Below are positions 18,944-28,563 of a DNA stretch of 64,000 nt, one piece after another. The notes under the pieces were generated by a model. It searched no databases and was not told the DNA's origin. It saw only the letters and a program-made list of their open reading frames with translations. Positions within the stretch are counted from its first letter, which is position 1, and the number at the start of each line of letters is the position of its first letter. A program made the translations under genes and the position numbers. Origin of the DNA: a virus (Duplodnaviria > Caudoviricetes); the IMG/VR virus record IMGVR_UViG_3300037067_007020, positions 37,226 to 101,225 of that record. One strand, 5' to 3'.

Positions 18944-20506
18944 CTAGTCTCTGTGTATGGTCACTGAACCATTTTTTGCAGTCCATGAAAAACTACGTGC
19001 TGTGTCAGAACCTACTGCTATTGGGATACTAGAATTTGAAATCTGTATCTTTGATACGGTAAATCTAACTATTTCAGAAGTGTTGTCTGCCGGATTTATA
19101 ATTTTGATCTGCAATGCAATGTCATTAGTATTTGTGTATGTACCATGTTCATTATAATCAAACTGTAAATCTGTGGTGGCAGTACTTCCTTTGGTTAATA
19201 GTTTTACAAGACTTAAATCTCCGTCCATAGAAGCTACGTCGCCTGTCACAACCGGAACTTTAGCAGGGGTAAAATAATCATTTACAAAACCTTGTCTCTG
19301 TTTTCTTTCACGATTAAGAGACGTTTTAATACTGGCAGAAGAAACTGTTTGTAGTTTACTATCTCCATAATAAACTGGTACATATCTTCCGTCAACATTA
19401 TCTGGAGTTCCTGTATGTGTAAAATCAACTGAGTAATCGGTTGGTTTTGCAACAGAAGACCAGAATGTAAATTCGTATCTATCTCCTAAAGCCATAGACG
19501 TTGCAAATGGCATAAATGTATGAGAAGCGTCAGTATAAACAAAATCTAAATCTACTGCGCTAGTTGCTTTTTCTGCCATTTCTCCTTGCGTACCATCTAC
19601 TTTGGTTCTTGTCACTTTGAAGAAAAATTTACCAGATAACCCGGTAGAATTTCCGTTCATATGAGGTACTTCAGAACCTACTAAAACTCTAGAATCTAAT
19701 ACAATGTTTCCTGCTGCAACATCGGCAGCATTGGCATATGTTGCATTTCTATACACATAACCTTCTTGTGAATAGTACGAATTTCCTTCTGTATCAAAGG
19801 ATTCTTGTGCATTTCCATTTGCATTGGTATCAATATTGAAAGAATTAGCTATCATTCCTTCTGCATAATCAGTTTTGAAAACCGTGTCGCTAGAAGAATT
19901 GTCTCTTCCAACAACCAAGAAATCAAGTTTTGCTGATTTGAAATCTGCTGATTCCCAATCTTGTTCTTTTGTTATGTCAAAGGTAGCTTTATCTCCTGTA
20001 ACTAATAAACCAGAATGTAAAGCAACAACTTCAACACCCGGAATGTCTTTGATAATCGTATTTGCGTCATATGATATATTGTAATGACCAGAAATACAAA
20101 TCTTGTCTTCAGCCTTTGCTTCAATGGTATAAGTAATCTTGGAAGTTCCTGAAGGAAAATTAACTGGAGAAACAATCTTAACTATTGTATTTGTTCCGCC
20201 AGAAATTGTCGTTCCAACAGAATCTGCTGGATTAGTCTTGTCTCCCATTTTCGAAGTGTATAGCTGAATCAGATCAGTATCTACTAACAAAGAAGCTAGT
20301 GTGCCTTTAAATTGAGTTGCACGAATACTTACTCCTCTTTGTTCTTCGTTACCTATTTCATATACTGCTTCATTCGGAATATCAAAAGAAAATTCCTGAC
20401 TCTGTAACCCTTTACCTAACACAAAAGGACCATATGGACTTGCAACATGAATCTGATACCTATCAGCGTTCAATGCAAACATATCTCCAACTGGGGTAAT
20501 TGTCAT
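18944..20506 (-). CDS. major tail (tube) protein with accessory domains
   Basis: 520 aa, beta-rich, strong AGGAGG RBS, downstream hairpin, synteny. Confidence 0.7.
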   Translation of the reverse strand: MTITPVGDMFALNADRYQIHVASPYGPFVLGKGLQSQEFSFDIPNEAVYEIGNEEQRGVSIRATQFKGTLASLLVDTDLIQLYTSKMGDKTNPADSVGTTISGGTNTIVKIVSPVNFPSGTSKITYTIEAKAEDKICISGHYNISYDANTIIKDIPGVEVVALHSGLLVTGDKATFDITKEQDWESADFKSAKLDFLVVGRDNSSSDTVFKTDYAEGMIANSFNIDTNANGNAQESFDTEGNSYYSQEGYVYRNATYANAADVAAGNIVLDSRVLVGSEVPHMNGNSTGLSGKFFFKVTRTKVDGTQGEMAEKATSAVDLDFVYTDASHTFMPFATSMALGDRYEFTFWSSVAKPTDYSVDFTHTGTPDNVDGRYVPVYYGDSKLQTVSSASIKTSLNRERKQRQGFVNDYFTPAKVPVVTGDVASMDGDLSLVKLLTKGSTATTDLQFDYNEHGTYTNTNDIALQIKIINPADNTSEIVRFTVSKIQISNSSIPIAVGSDTARSFSWTAKNGSVTIHRD

Positions 20507-20538
20507 TAGTATTCCTCCTTTCTTTTAAATTTTTGTTT

Positions 20539-21012
20539 CTAATAAATCAAACTAACTTTCAGTTCTCCGATACATTTATGTGCATCTAATTCAGAATAAA
20601 TTGATGGTGTACTTGACCTTATCGAGATATCGGTGCTGAAATAATAATCAGATTGTATTCCACCTTGGTCAAATAATAAAAATGGAATACTATATTTTCT
20701 CGAAAAAGCGGTGTACATCAAACCTTTGAGAGTTTCTTTCATTCTTTCATTTACTAGTTCATTATCACATCCTCCTGCATATATCCAAACATTATAATAA
20801 ACTGTAAGTCTATGTCTTCCTCCTATTTCTATTGTTTCCTTTCCATTGTCTATTACGTCTTCTAGTGCTATAATAGGTGGTTTTGTATTGCTTGTTGTTG
20901 GCATATTGTAAATATATGCGATTGTTTTGTTTAGTATAGTTGTACCTACAACAGATTTCATCTGTGTTATGACATTTTCTTTTAAATTAGCAAATACATA
21001 TGTATCTTCCAT
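20539..21012 (-). CDS. tail terminator/completion protein
   Basis: PIIAL...IEIGG...YNVWIYA; position just upstream of the tail tube. Confidence 0.55.
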   Translation of the reverse strand: MEDTYVFANLKENVITQMKSVVGTTILNKTIAYIYNMPTTSNTKPPIIALEDVIDNGKETIEIGGRHRLTVYYNVWIYAGGCDNELVNERMKETLKGLMYTAFSRKYSIPFLLFDQGGIQSDYYFSTDISIRSSTPSIYSELDAHKCIGELKVSLIY

Positions 21013-21023
21013 GGTATTTTTCT

Positions 21024-21578
21024 TTATAAATCAAAAAAGGTTGTTGTTAGTGCAACATTAATTATTTTTCGTATTGTAAGATTAAAATTCTTTTCTAAAT
21101 GTATGTTTCCTAATCCTATATAATTTCTTCCTATGATTCTTACATCACCCCAATCAAATCCATCGTTATAAACTTTCCAAAATCCTGATTCGGGATAAGG
21201 ATTTGTTCTCCACTTGTTAGGGGTTTGTATTGGTCTTTTTCCTCCAACTCCTCCCCAAAGAGTTAGTGTATTAAGTTTTGCTATGTTTATTGTATCTTGT
21301 TTAAAAATATTGCTATTTTGATTTCTTAAAACAGTTCCTTTGTCCATTGATTCTTCTAACGCTCTTCTTAGTTGTCCTTTTTCTGGTTCTATACCATATG
21401 ACATTAGTGTTTGTTGTAAAATATCTCCTGTTTTAGCCGGATAATCTTCTATTCTACTGTTCATTGCTAATCTTGTGTTTTTTATTAGTTCAAAAAATTC
21501 TAATTCTGTTCTTTCTGAAACAGTCTTCTGAAATTCTATTAGTTTATTTTTCCAACCCACAGATATTATTTTTAACAT
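21024..21578 (-). CDS. neck protein (HK97 gp10-like position)
   Basis: GQLRRAL...WKVYNDG...GRNYI; synteny. Confidence 0.45.
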   Translation of the reverse strand: MLKIISVGWKNKLIEFQKTVSERTELEFFELIKNTRLAMNSRIEDYPAKTGDILQQTLMSYGIEPEKGQLRRALEESMDKGTVLRNQNSNIFKQDTINIAKLNTLTLWGGVGGKRPIQTPNKWRTNPYPESGFWKVYNDGFDWGDVRIIGRNYIGLGNIHLEKNFNLTIRKIINVALTTTFFDL

Positions 21579-21586
21579 ACATGTTA

Positions 21587-22069
21587 TTAGTTAGATTCCT
21601 TAGAAGTATTGAACCAAAAAATTCTTTCTAATCCTAACAGATCGTCATTGAACGAAACAAGTTCGCATTTGTTAGCTCCTGAAGGAAAATTTTGTGTAGT
21701 GTTCTTAATTTCTCCTCCAGAAATCGTTACGTCGAGCCATATTTCGTTGTTGTTTTCGATTGCCGCTTGAATAAGTGTTCCGCTATATAAATCAGTACTA
21801 AATTTTATATCAATGTCAGGAGAAACAACAAGTCCGTTGTATCTTTTCTCGATGCCTTTAGGAACGTATTCTTTAATTCCGTAAACAATGTTGTCAGAAT
21901 AGCTTCCACTAATATATCCCCAATCAAATACTCCTTTATTAATCCCTGAGGTATAATTGTTTGATACGGAACGAATTAACAAAGGATTATGACCATAAAT
22001 ACTGTCATTCCTTAAAAAATCTTTTCTTTCTTTTGTAATTCCTTTAATATATTCAAAATCAATAAACAT
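21587..22069 (-). CDS. head closure/stopper-like protein
   Basis: Synteny after the adaptor; beta-rich; 5 SG motifs. Confidence 0.45.
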   Translation of the reverse strand: MFIDFEYIKGITKERKDFLRNDSIYGHNPLLIRSVSNNYTSGINKGVFDWGYISGSYSDNIVYGIKEYVPKGIEKRYNGLVVSPDIDIKFSTDLYSGTLIQAAIENNNEIWLDVTISGGEIKNTTQNFPSGANKCELVSFNDDLLGLERIFWFNTSKESN

Positions 22070-22084
22070 ATCAAACCTTTTTTG

Positions 22085-22585
22085 TTATTGATTAAATTTT
22101 GTTTTAAATGTTACATCATTTATCGTATCGCTAGGGGTATACTCTTGAAAAACCATTGTCTGAGGACCAAAACCTCCTCTAGATTTATTTTTATTGTGAT
22201 TTCTTATGGATATACTAAGAATATTTTCTAGTCTTAAAATAGCATCCGCTAACTGTTGTGTCATTGCTGTAACATCAATTGTTCCTCTGATGTCTTTAAC
22301 AACAATACTTTCTCTCGAAGATTTATTTACTTCCGAATATTTTAACATTATTTCTGCTTGAGTAAGAATTACATCATCTTCGTCCAATGTAGGAGAAATT
22401 GTATTGTCACTATTTCTTACTATTTCAGTTCCGACAACAGTAAATTTTCGATACCATGCAGTATTTTGAAGAGCATAAACAGATTGTTCTATTATTGATG
22501 TTAGTGTAGCATCAGAATAGAGTGTTGAAGAAATATCGTTTATTCTGACTCTTAGTCTATTTACATATGAACTAATTGCTGTCAT
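22085..22585 (-). CDS. head-tail adaptor protein
   Basis: VNRLRVRIND....YSDATLTSII N-terminus typical of helical adaptors. Confidence 0.6.
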   Translation of the reverse strand: MTAISSYVNRLRVRINDISSTLYSDATLTSIIEQSVYALQNTAWYRKFTVVGTEIVRNSDNTISPTLDEDDVILTQAEIMLKYSEVNKSSRESIVVKDIRGTIDVTAMTQQLADAILRLENILSISIRNHNKNKSRGGFGPQTMVFQEYTPSDTINDVTFKTKFNQ

Positions 22586-22982
22586 TTTTAAGGTGTCCTT
22601 TGATTAATTCAACTTCCTCTACGGTAAGCCATGAACAAGGTCTAATTCTTCTTTCTAACAATCCTTCTGCAACATTCATTACTTCTTTGTTTTCTTTCTT
22701 TAATTCCTTGGCTAAAGCTATAATTTTAATCTTGGAACTGTTGATTTTTGTTTTATTAGCAATTTTTTCTTTGTTTTCAGTTGTTGCTTCTTCTATTAAT
22801 TCGTATTTCAAAAGTTTTTTAATTGTTTCTGTATCATAACCTTCTGGTACTTTTTCTCCTTCTTTAATAAAAACTTTCATTGTACCATCGGTGTATTTCT
22901 TGCCTGCATAATTCGCTAACCATTTTCCTTGTTTTACTATATATTCTTTGTCTCTTGTTTTTGTTTCTTGTTCCTTTTTCAT
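22572..22982 (-). CDS. capsid-adjacent protein with a C-terminal IF2_N-like domain
   Basis: KIKIIALAKELKKENKEVM...CSWLTVEEVELIK resembles the translation initiation factor 2 N-terminal motif. Confidence 0.6.
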   Translation of the reverse strand: MKKEQETKTRDKEYIVKQGKWLANYAGKKYTDGTMKVFIKEGEKVPEGYDTETIKKLLKYELIEEATTENKEKIANKTKINSSKIKIIALAKELKKENKEVMNVAEGLLERRIRPCSWLTVEEVELIKGHLKNDSN

Positions 22983-23014
22983 GGTCCATTCTCTCCTGTT
23001 CTTTTCTTTGTGAT

Positions 23015-23055
23015 TTAAAAAGGAAAGGGGCGACGTTTATTTCGCCCCATATCCT
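23015..23055 (-). terminator. intrinsic terminator after the major capsid gene
   Basis: GGGGCGA-aataaacg-TCGCCCC followed by TTTCCTTTTT. Confidence 0.75.
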
Positions 23056-23062
23056 TACAATC

Positions 23063-23962
23063 TTATGCTTTTAAGTTAGACAAAATACCAATCATCTTCG
23101 GAACCCTTAATATGGTCTTGAATGACCGTTTTGCATAGATTCTGAGTGTCTGTAGGTCTTCGTCCCATTTCCGTCCAGCAGTTATTGGTACGGATTCACG
23201 AATCTGTGCAGGTAAATTAGAAACCATAACAATTGCTCTACCTGACAAAATAGGGGTCAAAGTACCAGCAACATTGTAAACAACGTCACTCTTGAGTATT
23301 CTTAATCCACAGATTTTCTCAATAGTAATATCACCAACAACATCCCTAGTATATTGATTTGCATCCCTGATTTGTTCTGACAGAAGCAAATTCTTATAGT
23401 CCTCTGCACCAAGAATTATTGTGTCTGCATCCATTTGCATATCTGCACGAATGAGATATTTTAATTCTTCGATATCATTTATAGGTACTGAACTTGCAGT
23501 CGTAGTCCATACAGTAGTAGCATTTCCTGTGTTGATAGTAGGATACTTGGTAGTATTTGTCAATTCTACCACCGCATCATTTTCAACAGCAAGAGCTAAT
23601 CTCTGTGCAATAGTAACAGCAGCCCTAGATACCGGGTCAATAAAATTATAAATATTACCATTGCGAAGTTCTTTTTCAGAAAACTCCATCTTTTCTCTAT
23701 AGTCTTTCACATTTCCTGTCATCTTGGTATATTCGATGGCATTGTCTTCTGCTTCGGCCTTTTCGCCAATCTCCGCAGGAAGATTATATTCAGTAGTATC
23801 TGATTCCACATGCCATATAAAAGTATCCAAAGATTCTACGACAGGTATAACTTGCTGCATTACCAAAATCCCTTGAGTTAACTTAACGATCAGTTTAGTT
23901 AAATTCTCAGAACTTAATGCGGTTGCATTAGCAACAAGTGTTCCCAAATCTGCATTAGTCAT
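23063..23962 (-). CDS. major capsid protein (HK97 fold)
   Basis: 299 aa after protease/scaffold/cement; EIGEKAE, ALAVENDAV, PINDI..., ADTIILG..DY..LL, ICGLRI; strong RBS and terminator. Confidence 0.85.
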   Translation of the reverse strand: MTNADLGTLVANATALSSENLTKLIVKLTQGILVMQQVIPVVESLDTFIWHVESDTTEYNLPAEIGEKAEAEDNAIEYTKMTGNVKDYREKMEFSEKELRNGNIYNFIDPVSRAAVTIAQRLALAVENDAVVELTNTTKYPTINTGNATTVWTTTASSVPINDIEELKYLIRADMQMDADTIILGAEDYKNLLLSEQIRDANQYTRDVVGDITIEKICGLRILKSDVVYNVAGTLTPILSGRAIVMVSNLPAQIRESVPITAGRKWDEDLQTLRIYAKRSFKTILRVPKMIGILSNLKA

Positions 23963-24009
23963 TTGTTTTTCCTCCTTTTAAGGTTTATTTTATTTTTTTA
24001 ATCTATTTT

Positions 24010-24381
24010 TTATATTGTTAACCAAACTTTACCAGTTCCACCAGAAACGGCTGTTGCGAGACAAACACCAAGAGATTCTCCTGAAGTATATCCGTTACAA
24101 CCTCTAGCCATTCCTCTGTTTCCAGTAACTATTTTCTGACTAACAGTACCAGCAGCATCAAAGGGCATATTAACAACAGATTGCGTACGGTTAACAGTAA
24201 CATTTTCTGCACCAGAAACATAATCGTTGGCAATAAACCCATCGGGTTCCTCGCCAGCAACAGTGTTTCTTACTCTCATTTCTGCGTTGACCTTAATAAA
24301 TCCAGCATATATGTTCTCAGCAGTATGAAAAGTAATAGCTTTACCATCCCTAAATGCGTAGAAATTCAATTGTCCTACCAT
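24010..24381 (-). CDS. capsid cement/decoration protein (DUF2190-like)
   Basis: 123 aa Gly/Ala/Val-rich beta protein (GVCLATAVSGG) directly upstream of the capsid gene. Confidence 0.65.
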   Translation of the reverse strand: MVGQLNFYAFRDGKAITFHTAENIYAGFIKVNAEMRVRNTVAGEEPDGFIANDYVSGAENVTVNRTQSVVNMPFDAAGTVSQKIVTGNRGMARGCNGYTSGESLGVCLATAVSGGTGKVWLTI

Positions 24382-24410
24382 TCTTTTTCCTCCTTTTTTG
24401 AAATAGTTTT

Positions 24411-25073
24411 TTACTTATTGAAACTTTGTTCAATTGCATTAGCTTTATGTATCAGTCTTGACAATACCGAAAAGCCTTTTTCAGCACCGTATATCTCATC
24501 CAAAGGTTTTGGTTCATCTTCTTTATCCTTGTCTTTCTGTTCTTGATCTAAGACTTCCTGACCAGTTTTGGAAATCTTAGAAGGATTAAGAAGCTCATCA
24601 TTTTTCTTTTTCTGAGCTTCCTTATCTTTCTGTTCTTGTGTTTTCTTGTCACCTTCCTCTTCTTTAGATTTTTTGTCTTCTTTTCCTGCAATAAATACTT
24701 TCCAATCAATATCTTGCGCCGTTATGATAACATTATCTACATATTTTTTTGTTTCTTCGTCCTGTTTAGTATACCAAGTAGAAATAGGCTGTATTCTCTC
24801 TTTCTTCTTGTATTCATTTAATATAATATCTTTCTCAGAAGTGGATTTTTTTATTTTCTCGATTTCGACATCCTTCGCTTTAGCTACTTCTTCTGTCTTT
24901 TTTACAGTTTCGGCAGTTTCTTTGGCAAGTTTTTCAATATCCTCTTTGGATTTTGTTATTGTTTCTATTTCTCTTTCTTTTGATTTAAGTTGTTTTTTCA
25001 TTGCATCTAACTGTTCTTTTATAACCTCAAGGTCTTCTGTTGTCTTATCTTCTTTTTTCTGATTATCTGTCAT
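24411..25073 (-). CDS. head scaffolding protein
   Basis: Highly charged K/E coiled coil between protease and cement/capsid. Confidence 0.7.
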   Translation of the reverse strand: MTDNQKKEDKTTEDLEVIKEQLDAMKKQLKSKEREIETITKSKEDIEKLAKETAETVKKTEEVAKAKDVEIEKIKKSTSEKDIILNEYKKKERIQPISTWYTKQDEETKKYVDNVIITAQDIDWKVFIAGKEDKKSKEEEGDKKTQEQKDKEAQKKKNDELLNPSKISKTGQEVLDQEQKDKDKEDEPKPLDEIYGAEKGFSVLSRLIHKANAIEQSFNK

Positions 25074-25129
25074 GTCTTTTCTCCTCTTTTTTATTTTTAT
25101 TCTAATAAACTTTGGTCACACGATTCAGG

Positions 25130-25861
25130 TTAGTTTTCTATATCGTCTTTGTTTTTCCAAAAATTTAATAAATCTTTGTATATTGCAGAAATTTGTATTT
25201 CGGCATGAAGTTTTTCATATAAACCAGAAATTTCATTGTTCATAAATTCTTTTTGTTTTTTTAATTCGTCATTTTCTAAAAGAATTTCTTTGTATTTATC
25301 TTCCCAGTTTATTTCTTCTATAGACACATCACTCTCCTTTTGTTTTGAATTTTCGTTTTTAGATGCATACACTATTCTTGTTCCGTCAAATGCAGTATAG
25401 TCTTTGTTCAGTATTGCATTTCCAATAAAATCGCTAATTTCCTTTATTCTTGTTACTCCGTTGTTTTCGTATCCTATTGAAGGTATAAGTTCCCAAGAAT
25501 TTCCTAACAGGTCTTTGTTTTTGATTATTTCGTCAACATATTCTTTTTGAGATTCTTCATGTAAAACAACATCAGCCTCTAAATATTCTATTCCGTCTTC
25601 TGTAACAATTTCTCCTGCATCTAAGATATGTCCAACTTCGATATATTTGCCATTTTTCTTATGTTCGTCAGAACCATAGTGAATAGGCATATGGGAAAGT
25701 TTGTTATCTAGAATTAGTTTGTTAGCTGCTTCTCTTGTCAGTATTAGCGAACCATCTTCGTGATTAGAAGGACGATTGATAGGAGCAACTTTTATTCGAA
25801 TCAATTTCGCATTTTTTCTATCCTTGAGAAATGGATATTTGTCATAAATGTTTTCAGACAT
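25130..25861 (-). CDS. prohead maturation protease
   Basis: MPIHYG..H...VGHI...LGNSWEL...GNAIL pattern (His/Ser assemblin-like), C-terminal coiled coil, synteny. Confidence 0.65.
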   Translation of the reverse strand: MSENIYDKYPFLKDRKNAKLIRIKVAPINRPSNHEDGSLILTREAANKLILDNKLSHMPIHYGSDEHKKNGKYIEVGHILDAGEIVTEDGIEYLEADVVLHEESQKEYVDEIIKNKDLLGNSWELIPSIGYENNGVTRIKEISDFIGNAILNKDYTAFDGTRIVYASKNENSKQKESDVSIEEINWEDKYKEILLENDELKKQKEFMNNEISGLYEKLHAEIQISAIYKDLLNFWKNKDDIEN

Positions 25862-25862
25862 C

Positions 25863-25988
25863 TTATTTGCTCCTTTTTTGTTTCTTCGTAGAAACTATTT
25901 TTGTTCCATATTTTGTTTTCCATTCTTCGTATACTTCTGGAACGTTTAACATCATATATAATCTTTGTTTTATACTTCTGAATGGCAT
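25863..25988 (-). CDS. small basic phage protein (41 aa, MPF-x-S-xx-QR type; not in ORF track)
   Basis: MPFRSIKQRLYMMLNVPEVYEEWKTKYGTKIVSTKKQKRSK, AAGGA RBS. Confidence 0.65.
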   Translation of the reverse strand: MPFRSIKQRLYMMLNVPEVYEEWKTKYGTKIVSTKKQKRSK

Positions 25989-26000
25989 GGCAGTATTCCT

Positions 26001-28241
26001 TTATATAGAAACTGTTAATTTAACGTCTCTTGAACCGCTTGTTAAGTTTACAAATTCTGTTTCCGTGTCATTAATACATAATATTTTAAAATCTTCGTCT
26101 TTTCTGTTTAGTTGCCATCTTTCGACTGACGAATTTTGTAAATCATATGTAATATCGACACCCTGTAGTGTCGTTGCAAACCCACTAATGTTTTTTATAT
26201 AAAATGCCATATCCAATGCTCCAGACACGCCTGTAAAAATTTGACCTAATGTAGAATCTGGTAAAGAGTTTAAATATGGAACAGTCATTCCGCTAATTCC
26301 TATGAAATTTGTATCAGTAACCGGAGAAAATGTTACGTCTCCCCAGCCAGTTGCTATGTCGGTGTATTCTGATGTTTCAGGAACAAATCCTGATACGTGT
26401 TTTGCTACACCATTAATGTATCTAAATTCGTCTATATAACCAGAAAACGAATTAGTTGATCCATGATAACCAACACTCAACCCATTAGATGCAAAATTGA
26501 CTACGGATGCCGTAGAAGAACGTACTATACCAGAGGGAGTTAAGTTTCCATTGACAAAAAATCTAAAATCATTGCCATATCTAGTAATCATAAGATGTTG
26601 CCAAGTTTCTAATTCCCATGTATATGGAAACGTTACGCTTATTCCGAGAACATTGTTGGTTAATGTATCAAATTTAATAATACCGTTGTTTTTGTCATAA
26701 TACCATGCCCACCAATTCTGACCTGTACTGAAACATCCGCATAAACAAGGATATGTTCCAGCGGCCATTGAGGTGGGATAAAACCATCCTTCGATTGTAA
26801 AATCGTTTAGTCCTAAATTCCATTTTTGATCATATGTTCCTGATGCGGTCCTAATTCCATCTGTGTTTTCGGTAAGTTTCAATGAAGATGTTCCAAATTT
26901 TTTCTGTGTAGTAGACTGAGTTGCTCCTGCTAATGCAGTTATTGGATTGTTAAATGTTGACGAATCTGTTATATCTGTTCCAGTTCCATTCAAATGCAAT
27001 AACAGTTTTGTATCTGTGCATCCTCTTGTTCCATATGATTTCCATGTTTGTCTGTCATTAAAAGACAATGCAGTATATACGTTGGTCGAAGAATTTAAAC
27101 CAGAAACAAATATTTTGTTCAATTTTTGCCAAGGTGAAGACCCTGAAATCTCCGTTTGTCCGTTTGTTGTTATCCATCCTGACACGTTTGCCGTATTAAT
27201 CAAAAAAGCGGTTCCGTTACTGAAAGTAACATTGCTTGTAATATACTGAAAAGGGGAGTCAAAATTTATGCTTTGGTCAATTTGGTTTGTGTTATCCACA
27301 CTAACTGTATACATGTCTTTAACTTCGACCATTCTGTTATACTCCGAGTCAGTTGCGTGTGTAAAAACATATGACAACCCGGATAGAATTGTTTGTCGTG
27401 TTGTTGTTGCGCTTACAGATGTACCTATCCTTCCGCTAATTTCGTCTTGCCAAAATTTGATAACTATACCAGACACTTCTGTATCGTTGGTGTACAAAGA
27501 ATTGTGGTTATGAATGTTAAAATCGACTAAAGGAGTATATGTTCCTGAAACATCTGCATCTATCCAAGATGATATTGTTCCTGATATAGAATTGTTGTGA
27601 TTATGGACATCAAAATCAACATTTTTGGTATATGTCCCACTTACTTCTTTTTTTAACCATTCTGATATTGAACCAGACATCGTTAATATTGTCGGTTTGT
27701 CTGTCCATAAATTTATAGTTCCTGATATAGAATCATTGTGGTTATGAATGTTAAAATCGACTAAAGGAGTATATGTTCCTGAAACATCTGCATCAAACCA
27801 CATAGAAACTATTCCAGATGTTCTTGTATCATGATTGTGAATATTGAAATCAATTAATGGAGTAAAGTTACCTGACACATAAGATTTTGTATATCCAGAT
27901 ATTCTGGCATCCATACAACCAAGCATAACATATTGTGCGTCATTCAAATGCCATTTTCTATCGGTATCTGCTCCATAAAAATCTATTTGACCTAATGAAT
28001 TGTGAAAATGACTATGAATTTCAAAATCATCGAGAGGAGTATATATACCAGAAACAAAAGGCATGTCGATACCGGAAAAAGAGCTGCAGTATACGTTTTC
28101 TATTTCTTCATTTATGTCTTCAATAACATTATCGAGACGATCTGAAGAGCTTATAGACAGATAACCAGAAAGTTCTCTTCCTGACTTTATGTCTTTAAAT
28201 TTATGGTTCAGTATTAAATGATCATTGATTATGTTGTTCAT
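26001..28241 (-). CDS. virion fibre/decoration protein with HxH repeats and a LamG domain; very rich in Ser-Gly
   Basis: Repeats VSG-x-(Y/F)T-P-L-x-DF-x-(I/V)HNH; TKLLLHLNG...KFGTSSL...DFTIEGWFY...WQHLMITR...FSGYIDEFR LamG signature. Confidence 0.75.
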   Translation of the reverse strand: MNNIINDHLILNHKFKDIKSGRELSGYLSISSSDRLDNVIEDINEEIENVYCSSFSGIDMPFVSGIYTPLDDFEIHSHFHNSLGQIDFYGADTDRKWHLNDAQYVMLGCMDARISGYTKSYVSGNFTPLIDFNIHNHDTRTSGIVSMWFDADVSGTYTPLVDFNIHNHNDSISGTINLWTDKPTILTMSGSISEWLKKEVSGTYTKNVDFDVHNHNNSISGTISSWIDADVSGTYTPLVDFNIHNHNSLYTNDTEVSGIVIKFWQDEISGRIGTSVSATTTRQTILSGLSYVFTHATDSEYNRMVEVKDMYTVSVDNTNQIDQSINFDSPFQYITSNVTFSNGTAFLINTANVSGWITTNGQTEISGSSPWQKLNKIFVSGLNSSTNVYTALSFNDRQTWKSYGTRGCTDTKLLLHLNGTGTDITDSSTFNNPITALAGATQSTTQKKFGTSSLKLTENTDGIRTASGTYDQKWNLGLNDFTIEGWFYPTSMAAGTYPCLCGCFSTGQNWWAWYYDKNNGIIKFDTLTNNVLGISVTFPYTWELETWQHLMITRYGNDFRFFVNGNLTPSGIVRSSTASVVNFASNGLSVGYHGSTNSFSGYIDEFRYINGVAKHVSGFVPETSEYTDIATGWGDVTFSPVTDTNFIGISGMTVPYLNSLPDSTLGQIFTGVSGALDMAFYIKNISGFATTLQGVDITYDLQNSSVERWQLNRKDEDFKILCINDTETEFVNLTSGSRDVKLTVSI
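27501..27794. repeat. identical 60-bp direct repeat (27501-27560 and 27735-27794) inside the fibre gene
   Basis: attgtggttatgaatgttaaaatcgactaaaggagtatatgttcctgaaacatctgcatc occurs twice. Confidence 0.9.
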
Positions 28242-28244
28242 TTT

Positions 28245-28562
28245 TTAAATGCTTTCTATTTTAGATTCTGATTTTATAACACTGTCATTTATATTGTACC
28301 AATATGTCGTATAACAAGCGTTTCCTGTAGACATTCCAGAAGGATATGTTTTTATTTGTGACACGTTTCCAGATACGTTATAAGAATACTCCGTTGTCAT
28401 TAAGGTGGAGGCTAAAGGGTTTGCTTCTTCTACAGTATGTATGTTTCCAAAATCATCTACCTTGATAAAATTTTCTGCGTCTATGTTTGGATTAGAAGGC
28501 CTTTGATTGTAGTTTGTATTATATGGGTCATTGATTCCTTTAATTATTGAATCTCCAGCCAT
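28245..28562 (-). CDS. hypothetical virion protein
   Basis: 105 aa between portal and fibre; TEYSYNVSGNVSQI beta-hairpin motif. Confidence 0.55.
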   Translation of the reverse strand: MAGDSIIKGINDPYNTNYNQRPSNPNIDAENFIKVDDFGNIHTVEEANPLASTLMTTEYSYNVSGNVSQIKTYPSGMSTGNACYTTYWYNINDSVIKSESKIESI

Positions 28563-28563
28563 T

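Noticed and set aside
18944-20506. 520-aa protein as a contractile tail sheath
   Set aside because: No sheath motifs, no separate tube or baseplate wedge genes; the TMP-Dit-Tal order indicates a siphovirus tail
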